From IMG/VR virus record IMGVR_UViG_2718217714_000002, positions 1 to 20,207 of that record: 20,207 nucleotides of DNA; one strand, given 5' to 3'. Position 1 is the stretch's first letter; each line of letters starts with the position of its first letter. This DNA is from a virus (Duplodnaviria > Heunggongvirae > Uroviricota > Caudoviricetes). This document shows positions 1-8,266 of the stretch, piece by piece. A program made the position numbers and the translations under genes. The notes under the pieces were generated by a model. The model ran no database searches. It was not told the origin of the DNA and saw only the letters and a program-made list of their open reading frames with translations.

Positions 1-225
1 ATGAAGATCGTAAAGGCTGAAGTTTTTGTTACCTGTCCGGGGCGTAATTTCGTCACATTAAAAATCACCACTGAGGACGGTATTACGGGCCTTGGGGATG
101 CCACCCTCAATGGACGTGAGCTTTCCGTGGCCTCTTATTTGCAGGATCACCTTTGTCCGCAGCTTATTGGTCGCGATGCGCACCGTATCGAAGATATCTG
201 GCAGTTTTTCTATAAAGGTGCTTAA
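1..225 (+). pseudogene. rspA: 5' fragment (74 codons) of rspA-like enolase-superfamily dehydratase gene, truncated at a prophage/deletion junction
   Basis: Translation [74 protein letters not shown] matches the N-terminus I recall for E. coli RspA (about 400 aa). The frame hits TAA at 223-225 where the native gene would continue (..KGAYW..). Downstream DNA is phage-like. Confidence 0.75.
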
Positions 226-690
226 CACTGTTTTTGGTTTTAACTGTTCCGCGTGCGCTCAGCCGCATTCACCACATCACAAAATTCACTTTAAAAAGGG
301 CGGCAGAGCAGTCACGGAGTAAAACTGATACCGCCAAACGTCACCAGAAAATTGATAACAGAGGGCGTTGCAGCGGGGTTGTCACTTAAGCGTATGGTCA
401 ACCTGACAACCCGGTGTCCTCAACGGGGAAGGAATAGCCCCGCCATACTTACCGCCGCGCCATTTCGCGGATTGCCACAACCGGAAGCGCACGGTCGACG
501 AAAATTTAACAACAGGCTATCTATGAACCAGCTACCTCGCCGTGCGCTTTCGCGTTATGGTCTGACTTTTCAGGGAAATATCCTTTCAGTAAACTGTCAG
601 TGCCGGATGCTCACCCGTGTCCGGCGCACGCACTCCACCTCACCCGTGGAGAACTCCTTAATTACCAACCTTAGCTTCGTTGGTTAGCTA

Positions 691-909
691 TTAACGCGGG
701 TATGTAATCATTCTGGCAATGCTTAATGCCGCTGCTTTTTCCAGATTGGTGATATCCTGCTCCAGAGCGGACAGATTTTCAGCCTGCTTAGCCCTGGCTT
801 CATTGGCCCATTTCAGATCCTGCGCTGCATTAATTTTCTGGTGCATCCACTCATAAAGTTCATCATCGGTATAGTCTGGCGCGATGATGACGGGTTCTCG
901 TTTCTGCAT
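691..909 (-). CDS. Small prophage protein, YdaG-like (Rac early-left region)
   Basis: 72-aa ORF MQKREPVIIAPDYTDDELYEWMHQKINAAQDLKWANEARAKQ..., resembles the small Rac ydaG product as I recall it. Co-directional with and downstream of the repressor. Confidence 0.4.
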   Translation of the reverse strand: MQKREPVIIAPDYTDDELYEWMHQKINAAQDLKWANEARAKQAENLSALEQDITNLEKAAALSIARMITYPR

Positions 910-1068
910 ACTGATTCCTCGCGGTGCTGTTTCGCTTATCAGCCGTTAGATTTTGCCGAACTGGAAAGCGCCTGTTTAAACTCACTGAAGCTGAGAGCTT
1001 CTTCGCCTTCGGCAAGACCTTCGAAGTATTCTTCGTAAGCCTTTTCCATGATTGTGTCGAAATCCATA

Positions 1069-1224
1069 TCACTCACCTGAGTTTCTTTCCAGCCAGCGAC
1101 GGGCACCATTTTCGGTTTTAAACGTTTTGCTTTTGGTATACGTCATCGCGGTGAACGTACCGTCCTGGTTGGGGAACACGCCACATACCAGAGATTCGCT
1201 GTTGTCAAGATCGATAGTATCCAT
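1069..1224 (-). CDS. Small prophage protein, YdaF-like (51 aa)
   Basis: Internal Met of the 1069..1305 track ORF gives MDTIDLDNSESLVCGVFPNQDGTFTAMTYTKSKTFKTENGARRWLERNSGE. GAGGT Shine-Dalgarno about 6 nt upstream of that ATG on the minus strand. Matches my recollection of Rac YdaF. Confidence 0.5.
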   Translation of the reverse strand: MDTIDLDNSESLVCGVFPNQDGTFTAMTYTKSKTFKTENGARRWLERNSGE

Positions 1225-1489
1225 GCTGACCTCATTTCCCCTTAACGCCGGGGTAGCGGAACAAAAACCTGCTGCATAGTTATTAAAGTTGAACCCTGCC
1301 GTCATGTTCTTACGCCTCGGGCTGGCTACTTAACCCCTGACCACTGCCTGGTAACTCGAAGTATTGCCCTGCATTCTGTGGGGCGGGGTGGGTTGGTATG
1401 AAAAGAAGAATACCCATAGGTATTTAAAAAGTAAATACCCATGGGTAACTTTTTGCGGTGTCTTAACTGGTGACTAGTTGTTTGGTGAG

Positions 1490-1909
1490 CTATGATGCGT
1501 TTTGTGCTTTCTTTTTACGGATTTCTTCGTAGATCATATTGTAATACTGTTTTTTCTCTTCAAGAGTTTTTAATAAGTTATCCGCTTCACTTTCTGGCAG
1601 TTCGTCTAAGAGATCTAAAAAAATACGTTGTCGTGGCGTTAGAACCCTTGTTTCATAACTGGAGGCTGTGTTCGTTGATGATGAAACGATACCATCCATC
1701 CATCCCCGGGGTAACCCAAAGGACTCTTCGATAATCTCCACCATATCATCAGCGATCCGTTTTTTTCCCTTTTTCCCCTCTGGGTACAACATTCTTGATA
1801 CATAAGAAGGCTCGCGCCCGATCTTTCTGGCCACGTTAACCGCTTTACCATCGCATTTCTCATCACGAATTTTGATGAGTTGCTGTCGTCTAAATTCATA
1901 TTTGTCCAT
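1490..1909 (-). CDS. Prophage repressor, HTH (XRE/CI-like) DNA-binding protein
   Basis: 139-aa ORF with helix-turn-helix-like segment KAVNVARKIGREPSYVSRML. Divergently transcribed from a Cro-like gene across a 100-bp operator region. Confidence 0.6.
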   Translation of the reverse strand: MDKYEFRRQQLIKIRDEKCDGKAVNVARKIGREPSYVSRMLYPEGKKGKKRIADDMVEIIEESFGLPRGWMDGIVSSSTNTASSYETRVLTPRQRIFLDLLDELPESEADNLLKTLEEKKQYYNMIYEEIRKKKAQNAS

Positions 1910-1927
1910 AGGTAAATAATAGATGCG

Positions 1928-1974
1928 ATTACTGCAAGGTAAACAACCTGCGGGTATTGACTTTTGTTTACCTG
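1928..1974. promoter_or_regulatory. Immunity-region operators and candidate rightward promoter
   Basis: Direct repeat CCTGCGGGTATT at 1937-1948 and 1961-1972. Inverted repeat GGTAAACA (1928-1935) / TGTTTACC (1955-1962). TTGACT (1947-1952), 16-nt spacer, TATTCT (1969-1974), then AAGGAG (1989-1994) before the ATG at 2010. Confidence 0.5.
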
Positions 1975-2009
1975 CGGGTATTCTTTGCTGTGTTTACTAA
2001 GGAGTAGCT

Positions 2010-2291
2010 ATGGAAGAATTAAGAATATTTCTCAATTCTCTTTCGTCAGATGAACAGCGTATGTTTGCATGCGAGTGTGGTACTAGCATCGGTTATCTAA
2101 GAAAGGCATTGAGTAAAGGTCAAGTGTTAGGGGCATCGTTATGTGTCCTTATTGAGCGAGCCAGTAATGGTGAAGTTACACGTCAGCAACTAAGGCCTTT
2201 TGATTGGATGAATATTTGGCCCGAGCTGGAAGATACCAAAATGTTAACACAACCACTTTCTAGGAGCTTGATTCATGAAAATCAAGCATGA
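2010..2291 (+). CDS. Cro-like transcriptional regulator (YdaS-like)
   Basis: 93-aa ORF first rightward of the operator, good SD, motif CECGTSIGYLRKALSKGQ. Position and size fit Rac YdaS / Cro-type proteins. Confidence 0.6.
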   Translation: MEELRIFLNSLSSDEQRMFACECGTSIGYLRKALSKGQVLGASLCVLIERASNGEVTRQQLRPFDWMNIWPELEDTKMLTQPLSRSLIHENQA

Positions 2292-2700
2292 ACACATCCG
2301 CATGGCGATGAATGCCTGGGCGCATCCGGACGGTGAAAAAGTTCCGGCAGCTGAAATAACCAGGGCTTATTTTGAACTGGGTATGACGTTCCCAGAACTG
2401 TATGACGACAGCCATCCGGAAGCCCTGGCTCGCAATACCCAGAAAATTTTCCGCTGGGTAGAGAAAGACACCCCTGATGCAGTTGAAAAAATTCAGGCGT
2501 TGTTACCAGCTATCGAAAAAGCAATGCCACCTCTGCTGGTGGCCCGAATGCGCAGCCATAGCTCAGCCTATTTTCGGGAACTAGTGGAGACGCGGGAACG
2601 ACTGGTGAGAGACGCTGATGATTTTGTCGCAGTGGCGATCGCTGGTTTCAACCAGATGAATCGTGGTGGCCCTGCAGGAAATATTGTGGCTGTGCATTGA
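2275..2700 (+). CDS. YdaT-like prophage protein (CII-like position)
   Basis: 141 aa, begins MKIKHEHI as I recall for Rac YdaT. Start overlaps the end of the Cro-like gene (translational coupling). Confidence 0.5.
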   Translation: MKIKHEHIRMAMNAWAHPDGEKVPAAEITRAYFELGMTFPELYDDSHPEALARNTQKIFRWVEKDTPDAVEKIQALLPAIEKAMPPLLVARMRSHSSAYFRELVETRERLVRDADDFVAVAIAGFNQMNRGGPAGNIVAVH

Positions 2701-2765
2701 CTCGCAATATTCATACCGGATCACTTCCGGCAATTTGTGAGTAAAAAGATTCGGTATCAAAAGAG

Positions 2766-3842
2766 GTGAGTATGGCTAACGCCTGGCTCAGATTATGGCA
2801 TGACATGCCAAATGACCCTAAGTGGCGAACAATTGCCAGGGTGTCAGGGCAGCCAATTGCAACAGTGATGGCAGTGTATATCCACCTCCTGGTGAGCGCG
2901 TCACGAAATGTCACGCGAGGTCACATTGATGTCACGACAGAAGATTTGGCAAGTGCGCTCGACGTGACAGAAGAGGTAATTGATTCAATTTTGCAGACGA
3001 TGCAGGGGCGGGTACTTGATGGTGATTTAATCACTGGATGGGAAAAACGCCAGGTGCTTAAAGAGGACAACGGCAATATTTCGCAAACCGCAAAATCTCC
3101 TGCAGAGCGCAAGAGGGCGCAGCGAGAGAGGGAAAGAAAGCGGGAACAAAATGGCGATTGTCACGGCGCGTCACGAAATGTCACGCACATGTCACGACGA
3201 GTCACGACAGATAAAGATACAGATAAAGATACAGATCAAGAAGATCAAAACACTATGGTCCATGGCGTAAAAAACGCCACGAACCAGGCAGGGGATGTTC
3301 AGACCGTCAATCTTGGTCAGCCAGCAGGCACGACACCGGAAGCCGATTCAGCGTATGCGCTGAAAGCCGATTCGGGCGCTGTGCAGCAGGTGATGACCGC
3401 AAGGGCGGAGCAATCACACCAACTGCAGCAGCCTGAAGCCGATTCCGCCATTCAGCGGGAAGCCGATCGGGTAGTCCCGGAAAACACCGGGCAGTCTGTG
3501 GGACGAGTGGATTATCCGGATGTGTTCGAACAGGTCTGGCGGGAGTACCCGTTGCGTGCTGGGGCAAACCCGAAGAAATCCGCTTTCAGTGCCTGGAAGG
3601 CCAGATTACGCGAGGGGGTGCCACCAGAGGCCATGCTGGATGGCGTGAGGCGTTACGCAAGATACTTGGCGGCTACCGGGAAAACGGGAACGGAATTTGT
3701 TCAGCGAGCGACGACGTTTTTTGGACCGGACCGGAATTTTGAGAACCCCTGGTTGCTCCCGGTAAGCGGCACGAACAACCAGCGTTGTGTGAATCATATT
3801 TCTGAACCGGATAACGAAATTCCGCCGGGCTTCAGGGGGTAA
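2766..3842 (+). CDS. Phage replication initiation protein (replisome organiser, YdaU/O-like) containing origin iterons
   Basis: 358-aa ORF in the replication position. Contains two clusters of 10-bp-phased GTCACG repeats inside the coding sequence, as in lambda O / ori. Acidic DKDTDKDTDQEDQ linker between domains. Confidence 0.6.
   Translation: MSMANAWLRLWHDMPNDPKWRTIARVSGQPIATVMAVYIHLLVSASRNVTRGHIDVTTEDLASALDVTEEVIDSILQTMQGRVLDGDLITGWEKRQVLKEDNGNISQTAKSPAERKRAQRERERKREQNGDCHGASRNVTHMSRRVTTDKDTDKDTDQEDQNTMVHGVKNATNQAGDVQTVNLGQPAGTTPEADSAYALKADSGAVQQVMTARAEQSHQLQQPEADSAIQREADRVVPENTGQSVGRVDYPDVFEQVWREYPLRAGANPKKSAFSAWKARLREGVPPEAMLDGVRRYARYLAATGKTGTEFVQRATTFFGPDRNFENPWLLPVSGTNNQRCVNHISEPDNEIPPGFRG
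2898..2940. repeat. Iteron cluster 1 (four GTCAC[G/A] copies at about 10-bp phasing)
   Basis: GTCACG at 2900, 2910, 2931 and GTCACA at 2920. The 19-mer GCGTCACGAAATGTCACGC (2898-2916) recurs exactly at 3168-3186. Confidence 0.6.
3160..3250. repeat. Iteron cluster 2 (five GTCACG copies) plus adjacent GATAAAGATACA tandem repeat
   Basis: GTCACG at 3160, 3170, 3180, 3191, 3201. Immediately followed by GATAAAGATACA x2 and GATCAAGAAGATCAA. Confidence 0.6.
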
Positions 3843-3882
3843 GTGTTAATTTCTGGTCATGAGGTAATTTTCAGGAGGGCTT

Positions 3883-4305
3883 GTGGCAAAAGTTTTTACA
3901 CAAGAAGAGCGGGAAAAAATTAAAGGGCAGGTTCTTGAACTCGTACGCCAGAGTGGGCGCGAGACGTTACGACAACTGGAAGCTAAAACTGGGGCAACAA
4001 GATATCTGATGAGCGTTCTGGCCAGAGAGCTGGTTGCCAGTGGCGATGTATACAATTCTGGCTACGGGTTATTCCCGTCTGAACAGGCTCGTAAAGACTG
4101 GCAAAATGCCCGCAAAAAATTATCGAGGGCAAAGCTGAAGAAACCGGTTGTGGTTGATCCGGACCTTATCTGGTCATTACCTGACGGAGAAATACGTCGC
4201 TACGACAGTCGCCTAAACATAATCTGTCGCGAGTGCCGGAAGAGCGAAGTTATGCAGCGCATATTGTCGTTTTATCAGGGGGATGTTCGGTATTTATTGA
4301 AGTGA
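3883..4305 (+). CDS. Hypothetical protein, possible winged-helix DNA-binding; replication-module accessory
   Basis: 140-aa ORF with GTG start 3 nt after AGGAGG. No family recognised. Confidence 0.4.
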   Translation: MAKVFTQEEREKIKGQVLELVRQSGRETLRQLEAKTGATRYLMSVLARELVASGDVYNSGYGLFPSEQARKDWQNARKKLSRAKLKKPVVVDPDLIWSLPDGEIRRYDSRLNIICRECRKSEVMQRILSFYQGDVRYLLK

Positions 4306-4639
4306 CGAGATTAAAGTGCATTAGTTCAGATGCAAATTGACATTTTGTGGCACAGGGTAGAGCTAGCGTGGTTGTCCGCTTTGTGCCAAGAGCAGACGCT
4401 GGTAATTCGTGCCTAATATACTTCACTTAACTTATATCCCAGCTTTGATACAGATCATACAAATTAAATGCCCCAGTAATTGGCAGGCTGAGTAACTTAA
4501 AACTCCTTAGAATATAGGATGATTTGTATCGGCACTCATTCCACCATGCATTCCGATTAATCCCGCATAGCCAGTTGAACTTTGCTACTCTGTGAGAGGT
4601 AGTACCTTCTATCCAGTGCGGATTTAATTAATGGAATAA

Positions 4640-6643
4640 ATGATTATGAGTGAAAATGATACAACCCCAAAGAAGTCTACAAGCCAGGTTAACAAAGCGG
4701 TATTCTTTACATCTGCTTTGCTAATTTTCCTTCTTGTCGCCTTTGCCGCCGTATTCCCGGATGTCGCCGACAAAAATTTTAAACTACTTCAGCAACAAAT
4801 CTTCACGAATGCCAGCTGGTTCTACATACTTGCTGTGGCCCTGATTTTACTGAGCGTCACGTTCCTTGGACTCTCACGTTACGGTGATATAAAGCTGGGC
4901 CCAGACCATGCGCAGCCTGATTTCAGCTACCACTCCTGGTTCGCGATGCTTTTTTCGGCAGGGATGGGGATCGGCCTGATGTTCTTTGGCGTTGCCGAAC
5001 CTGTGATGCATTATCTTTCGCCACCTGTCGGCACTCCAGAGACCGTTGCGGCAGCGAAGGAAGCCATGCGCCTGACGTTCTTCCACTGGGGTCTGCACGC
5101 ATGGGCAATTTATGCCATCGTGGCGCTGATTCTGGCCTTTTTCAGTTACCGTCACGGTCTGCCTTTAACGCTGCGTTCTGCGCTCTATCCCATTATCGGC
5201 GATCGCATTTACGGGCCTATAGGCCACGCGGTTGATATCTTCGCCGTGATAGGCACTGTCTTTGGCGTTGCAACATCGCTGGGTTACGGTGTATTGCAGG
5301 TGAATGCCGGTTTGAACCATCTTTTCGGCGTGCCCATCAATGAAACGGTACAGGTCATTTTGATCGTGGTCATCACGGGGTTAGCGACGATTTCGGTGGT
5401 GTCCGGCCTGGACAAGGGAATACGCATCCTGTCTGAGCTTAATCTGGGCCTGGCGGTGTTGCTCCTGGCGCTGGTCTTGTGCCTGGGTCCCACTGTGCTT
5501 CTGCTGAAGTCATTTGTGGAAAATACGGGTGGTTATCTGTCGGAACTGGTGAGTAAAACGTTCAACCTTTACGCGTATGAACCCAAGTCGAGCAACTGGC
5601 TGGGGGGCTGGACATTATTATACTGGGGATGGTGGCTTTCATGGTCGCCGTTTGTAGGTATGTTCATTGCACGCGTTTCCCGCGGCAGGACAATTCGTGA
5701 GTTCGTGACTGGCGTGTTGTTTGTTCCCGCCGGCTTTACGCTCATGTGGATGACGGTGTTTGGAAACAGCGCCATCTATCTCATCATGAACCAGGGCGCC
5801 ACTGACCTCGCCAATACCGTTCAGCAGGATGTTGCGCTTGCCCTGTTTAATTTCCTGGAGCATTTCCCGTTCTCTTCCGTGCTGTCATTCATTGCAATGG
5901 CGATGGTCATCGTCTTCTTTGTAACGTCTGCTGATTCGGGGGCAATGGTTGTGGATACTCTGGCATCAGGTGGGGTGGCAAACACGCCCGTCTGGCAGCG
6001 AATTTTCTGGGCATTGCTCATGGGCGTTGTTGCTATTGCCCTGCTGATCGCAGGGGGGCTGAGTGCGTTGCAAACCGTAACGATAGCGAGTGCATTGCCC
6101 TTCTCAGTTATCTTATTAATATCCATATACGGACTGTTAAAAGCCCTGCGTCGGGATTTGACCAAGCGTGAAAGCCTTAGCATGGCGACTATTGCTCCTA
6201 CGGCTGCACGTAACCCAATTCCCTGGCAGAGAAGGTTACGCAATATCGCGTATTTGCCGAAGCGCTCTCTTGTGAAACGTTTTATGGACGACATTATCCA
6301 ACCCGCCATGACGCTGGTTCAGGAGGAACTTAACAAGCAGGGAACGATAAGCCACATCAGTGACGCCGCCGAGGATCGTATTCGCCTTGAAGTCGATTTG
6401 GGCAACGAGCTGAATTATATATATGAAGTGAGGCTTCGCGGGTATAACTCACCGACCTTCGCGCTCGCTGCGCTGGATAATGATGAGCAGCAGAGTGAAC
6501 AACATCGATATTATCGCGCTGAAGTCTATCTCAAAGAGGGCGGCCAAAATTATGATGTAATGGGCTGGAATCAGGAACAGCTGATTAATGACATACTGGA
6601 CCAGTACGAAAAACACCTGCACTTCCTGCATCTGGTTCGTTAA
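4640..6643 (+). CDS. BCCT-family transporter, BetT-like (choline/betaine/carnitine type) with C-terminal cytoplasmic domain
   Basis: 667 aa. Multiple TM segments and BCCT signature region WTLLYWGWWLSWSPFVGMFIARVSRGRTIREF. Overall collinear with E. coli BetT as recalled, including the C-terminal ...ILDQYEKHLHFLHL tail. Confidence 0.85.
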   Translation: MIMSENDTTPKKSTSQVNKAVFFTSALLIFLLVAFAAVFPDVADKNFKLLQQQIFTNASWFYILAVALILLSVTFLGLSRYGDIKLGPDHAQPDFSYHSWFAMLFSAGMGIGLMFFGVAEPVMHYLSPPVGTPETVAAAKEAMRLTFFHWGLHAWAIYAIVALILAFFSYRHGLPLTLRSALYPIIGDRIYGPIGHAVDIFAVIGTVFGVATSLGYGVLQVNAGLNHLFGVPINETVQVILIVVITGLATISVVSGLDKGIRILSELNLGLAVLLLALVLCLGPTVLLLKSFVENTGGYLSELVSKTFNLYAYEPKSSNWLGGWTLLYWGWWLSWSPFVGMFIARVSRGRTIREFVTGVLFVPAGFTLMWMTVFGNSAIYLIMNQGATDLANTVQQDVALALFNFLEHFPFSSVLSFIAMAMVIVFFVTSADSGAMVVDTLASGGVANTPVWQRIFWALLMGVVAIALLIAGGLSALQTVTIASALPFSVILLISIYGLLKALRRDLTKRESLSMATIAPTAARNPIPWQRRLRNIAYLPKRSLVKRFMDDIIQPAMTLVQEELNKQGTISHISDAAEDRIRLEVDLGNELNYIYEVRLRGYNSPTFALAALDNDEQQSEQHRYYRAEVYLKEGGQNYDVMGWNQEQLINDILDQYEKHLHFLHLVR

Positions 6644-6650
6644 CAGCAAC

Positions 6651-6679
6651 ATGCCGCCACAGAGGCGGCATTTATTTAT
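6651..6679 (+). terminator. Rho-independent terminator after the BCCT gene
   Basis: Stem ATGCCGCC (6651-6658) / GGCGGCAT (6664-6671) followed by TTTATTTAT. Confidence 0.6.
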
Positions 6680-6691
6680 CCCGGCTGCAAT

Positions 6692-7984
6692 ATGAGGGAA
6701 TGCAGAATGATTTCACGCTGGAAATGGATGCTGAAGCAGACATTTAAAAAACTATGGTTCAGGGCAACGTTATTCGCAATTGTCGCAATAATAACGGCCC
6801 TTTTATCAATTCTTTTTAAATCAATGATACCTGAGTCGGTTTCCGTGAAGGTTGGTGCGGAAGCAGTCGATAACATTCTGAACATACTGGCATCGAGTAT
6901 GCTGGCAGTGACCACATTTTCGCTGAGCATCATGGTCACAGCCTACGGTTCAGCCACTACTAATGTGACTCCCAGAGCTACTCGTTTAGTCGTTGAAGAC
7001 GTCACCACACAAAATGTACTGGCCACCTTCATCGGTTCTTTTCTCTTCAGTCTGGTAGGGATTATTGCCCTCAATATGGGAGCTTATGGAGAAAGGGGGA
7101 GAGTCATTTTATTCATTGTAACACTGGTTGTCATTGCCTTAATCCTCATCACATTGCTTCGCTGGATACAGCATTTGACCTCTCTGGGGAGGGTTGGTGA
7201 GACAACGGCAAAAGTAGAACAGGCGGCCATCGAAACATTTATTGCGAGAGCAAGAAATCCCTGTCTCGGCGGATATCCATGGCTTGAGAACAATGAACAG
7301 CCGAAAGGAACGGTTGCAGTTTATCCGAAAAAGATTGGCTATGTTGAATATGTTGATATGGTGAAACTCAGCAAGCTGCTGACCAATGATCCCCGTCATG
7401 TATACCTCGTGGCGCAGCCGGGCAGTTTCATACATCCGTCCACGCCAGTTTTGTACCTGAGTCAGGGCCAGGAGTCATCAATCAGCACCGATTTACTTGA
7501 GACGATTATTGTCTCGGATGTACGTTCATTTGCTCAGGACCCCCGATTTTGTCTTAGCGTCATGGCCGAAATAGCCTGCCGAGCCCTTTCCCCCGCAGTG
7601 AACGATCCTGGAACCGCCATTGATGTCATTGGCAGAGGTGTACGTATACTTTCCGCTTACGCGCAGAATAAATCTGATGAAATAGAAGTGAAATATCCTT
7701 CTGTACATGTTGCACCACTTCAGAATAACGATCTACTTGAAGACTTTTTCTCACCTGTTGCGCGCGATGGTGCCAGTATGAGGGAAATTCAGATAAGGGT
7801 CCTTAAAGGACTGTCGATGCTGAGTAAGGGTTGGCCTGGAATTTTTGCTGAAGCCGCACAAACCCTAGCATTTGAAACATTAGAGCATGCTACTCGTGCT
7901 GACCATATAGATTCTGACAGATATCTAATAAAATCAATTTATTATAATTTATTTAGTGGCGAAGATTCTAATAAAAAACCATAG
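6692..7984 (+). CDS. Membrane protein with N-terminal TM helices and large C-terminal soluble domain (possibly DUF2254-like)
   Basis: 430-aa ORF. Hydrophobic helices in the first about 160 aa, then a soluble domain. Likely true start at ATG 6707 (GAGGGA SD 7 nt upstream). Family assignment is from memory of the architecture and is unverified. Confidence 0.55.
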   Translation: MRECRMISRWKWMLKQTFKKLWFRATLFAIVAIITALLSILFKSMIPESVSVKVGAEAVDNILNILASSMLAVTTFSLSIMVTAYGSATTNVTPRATRLVVEDVTTQNVLATFIGSFLFSLVGIIALNMGAYGERGRVILFIVTLVVIALILITLLRWIQHLTSLGRVGETTAKVEQAAIETFIARARNPCLGGYPWLENNEQPKGTVAVYPKKIGYVEYVDMVKLSKLLTNDPRHVYLVAQPGSFIHPSTPVLYLSQGQESSISTDLLETIIVSDVRSFAQDPRFCLSVMAEIACRALSPAVNDPGTAIDVIGRGVRILSAYAQNKSDEIEVKYPSVHVAPLQNNDLLEDFFSPVARDGASMREIQIRVLKGLSMLSKGWPGIFAEAAQTLAFETLEHATRADHIDSDRYLIKSIYYNLFSGEDSNKKP

Positions 7985-8266
7985 TTGCGGAGCAAGCGAT
8001 ACGGTTGTTGGCAAGTCAAGGGCAAAGCATTCGCGTGAGAGTGGGCGTCTGCTTTGTGCCAGGAGCGGAAGTTGCCAAGAGAACTCTTGCAAAGGTATGA
8101 TAACGTAGGTGCTAAATAATCATGAACCATAATAAATTAAAGGTTTTTAAGTTGACTCTATGGCGTTTCTTTTGCATGATGATTTTTTATTTATTATATA
8201 AAGCTTAAATATACATAATATTTAGCTTCATTTTTTTAGGTATTTTAAAGATTTAGAGGAATGTGA

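Noticed and set aside
352-687. 111-aa plus-strand ORF in the left junction region
   Set aside because: Arg/Pro-rich low-complexity translation, no SD, no recognisable family. More likely non-coding or decayed prophage DNA.
2890-3210. CRISPR array suggested by short direct repeats
   Set aside because: The repeats are 6-bp units at 10-bp phasing inside a coding frame, with no spacers of CRISPR length and no cas genes. They are interpreted as origin iterons.
4874-6309. Several minus-strand ORFs (4874..5155, 5284..5493, 5639..5863, 5821..6309) inside the BCCT gene
   Set aside because: Antisense to a strongly supported transporter gene, with Arg/Pro-rich translations typical of shadow ORFs.
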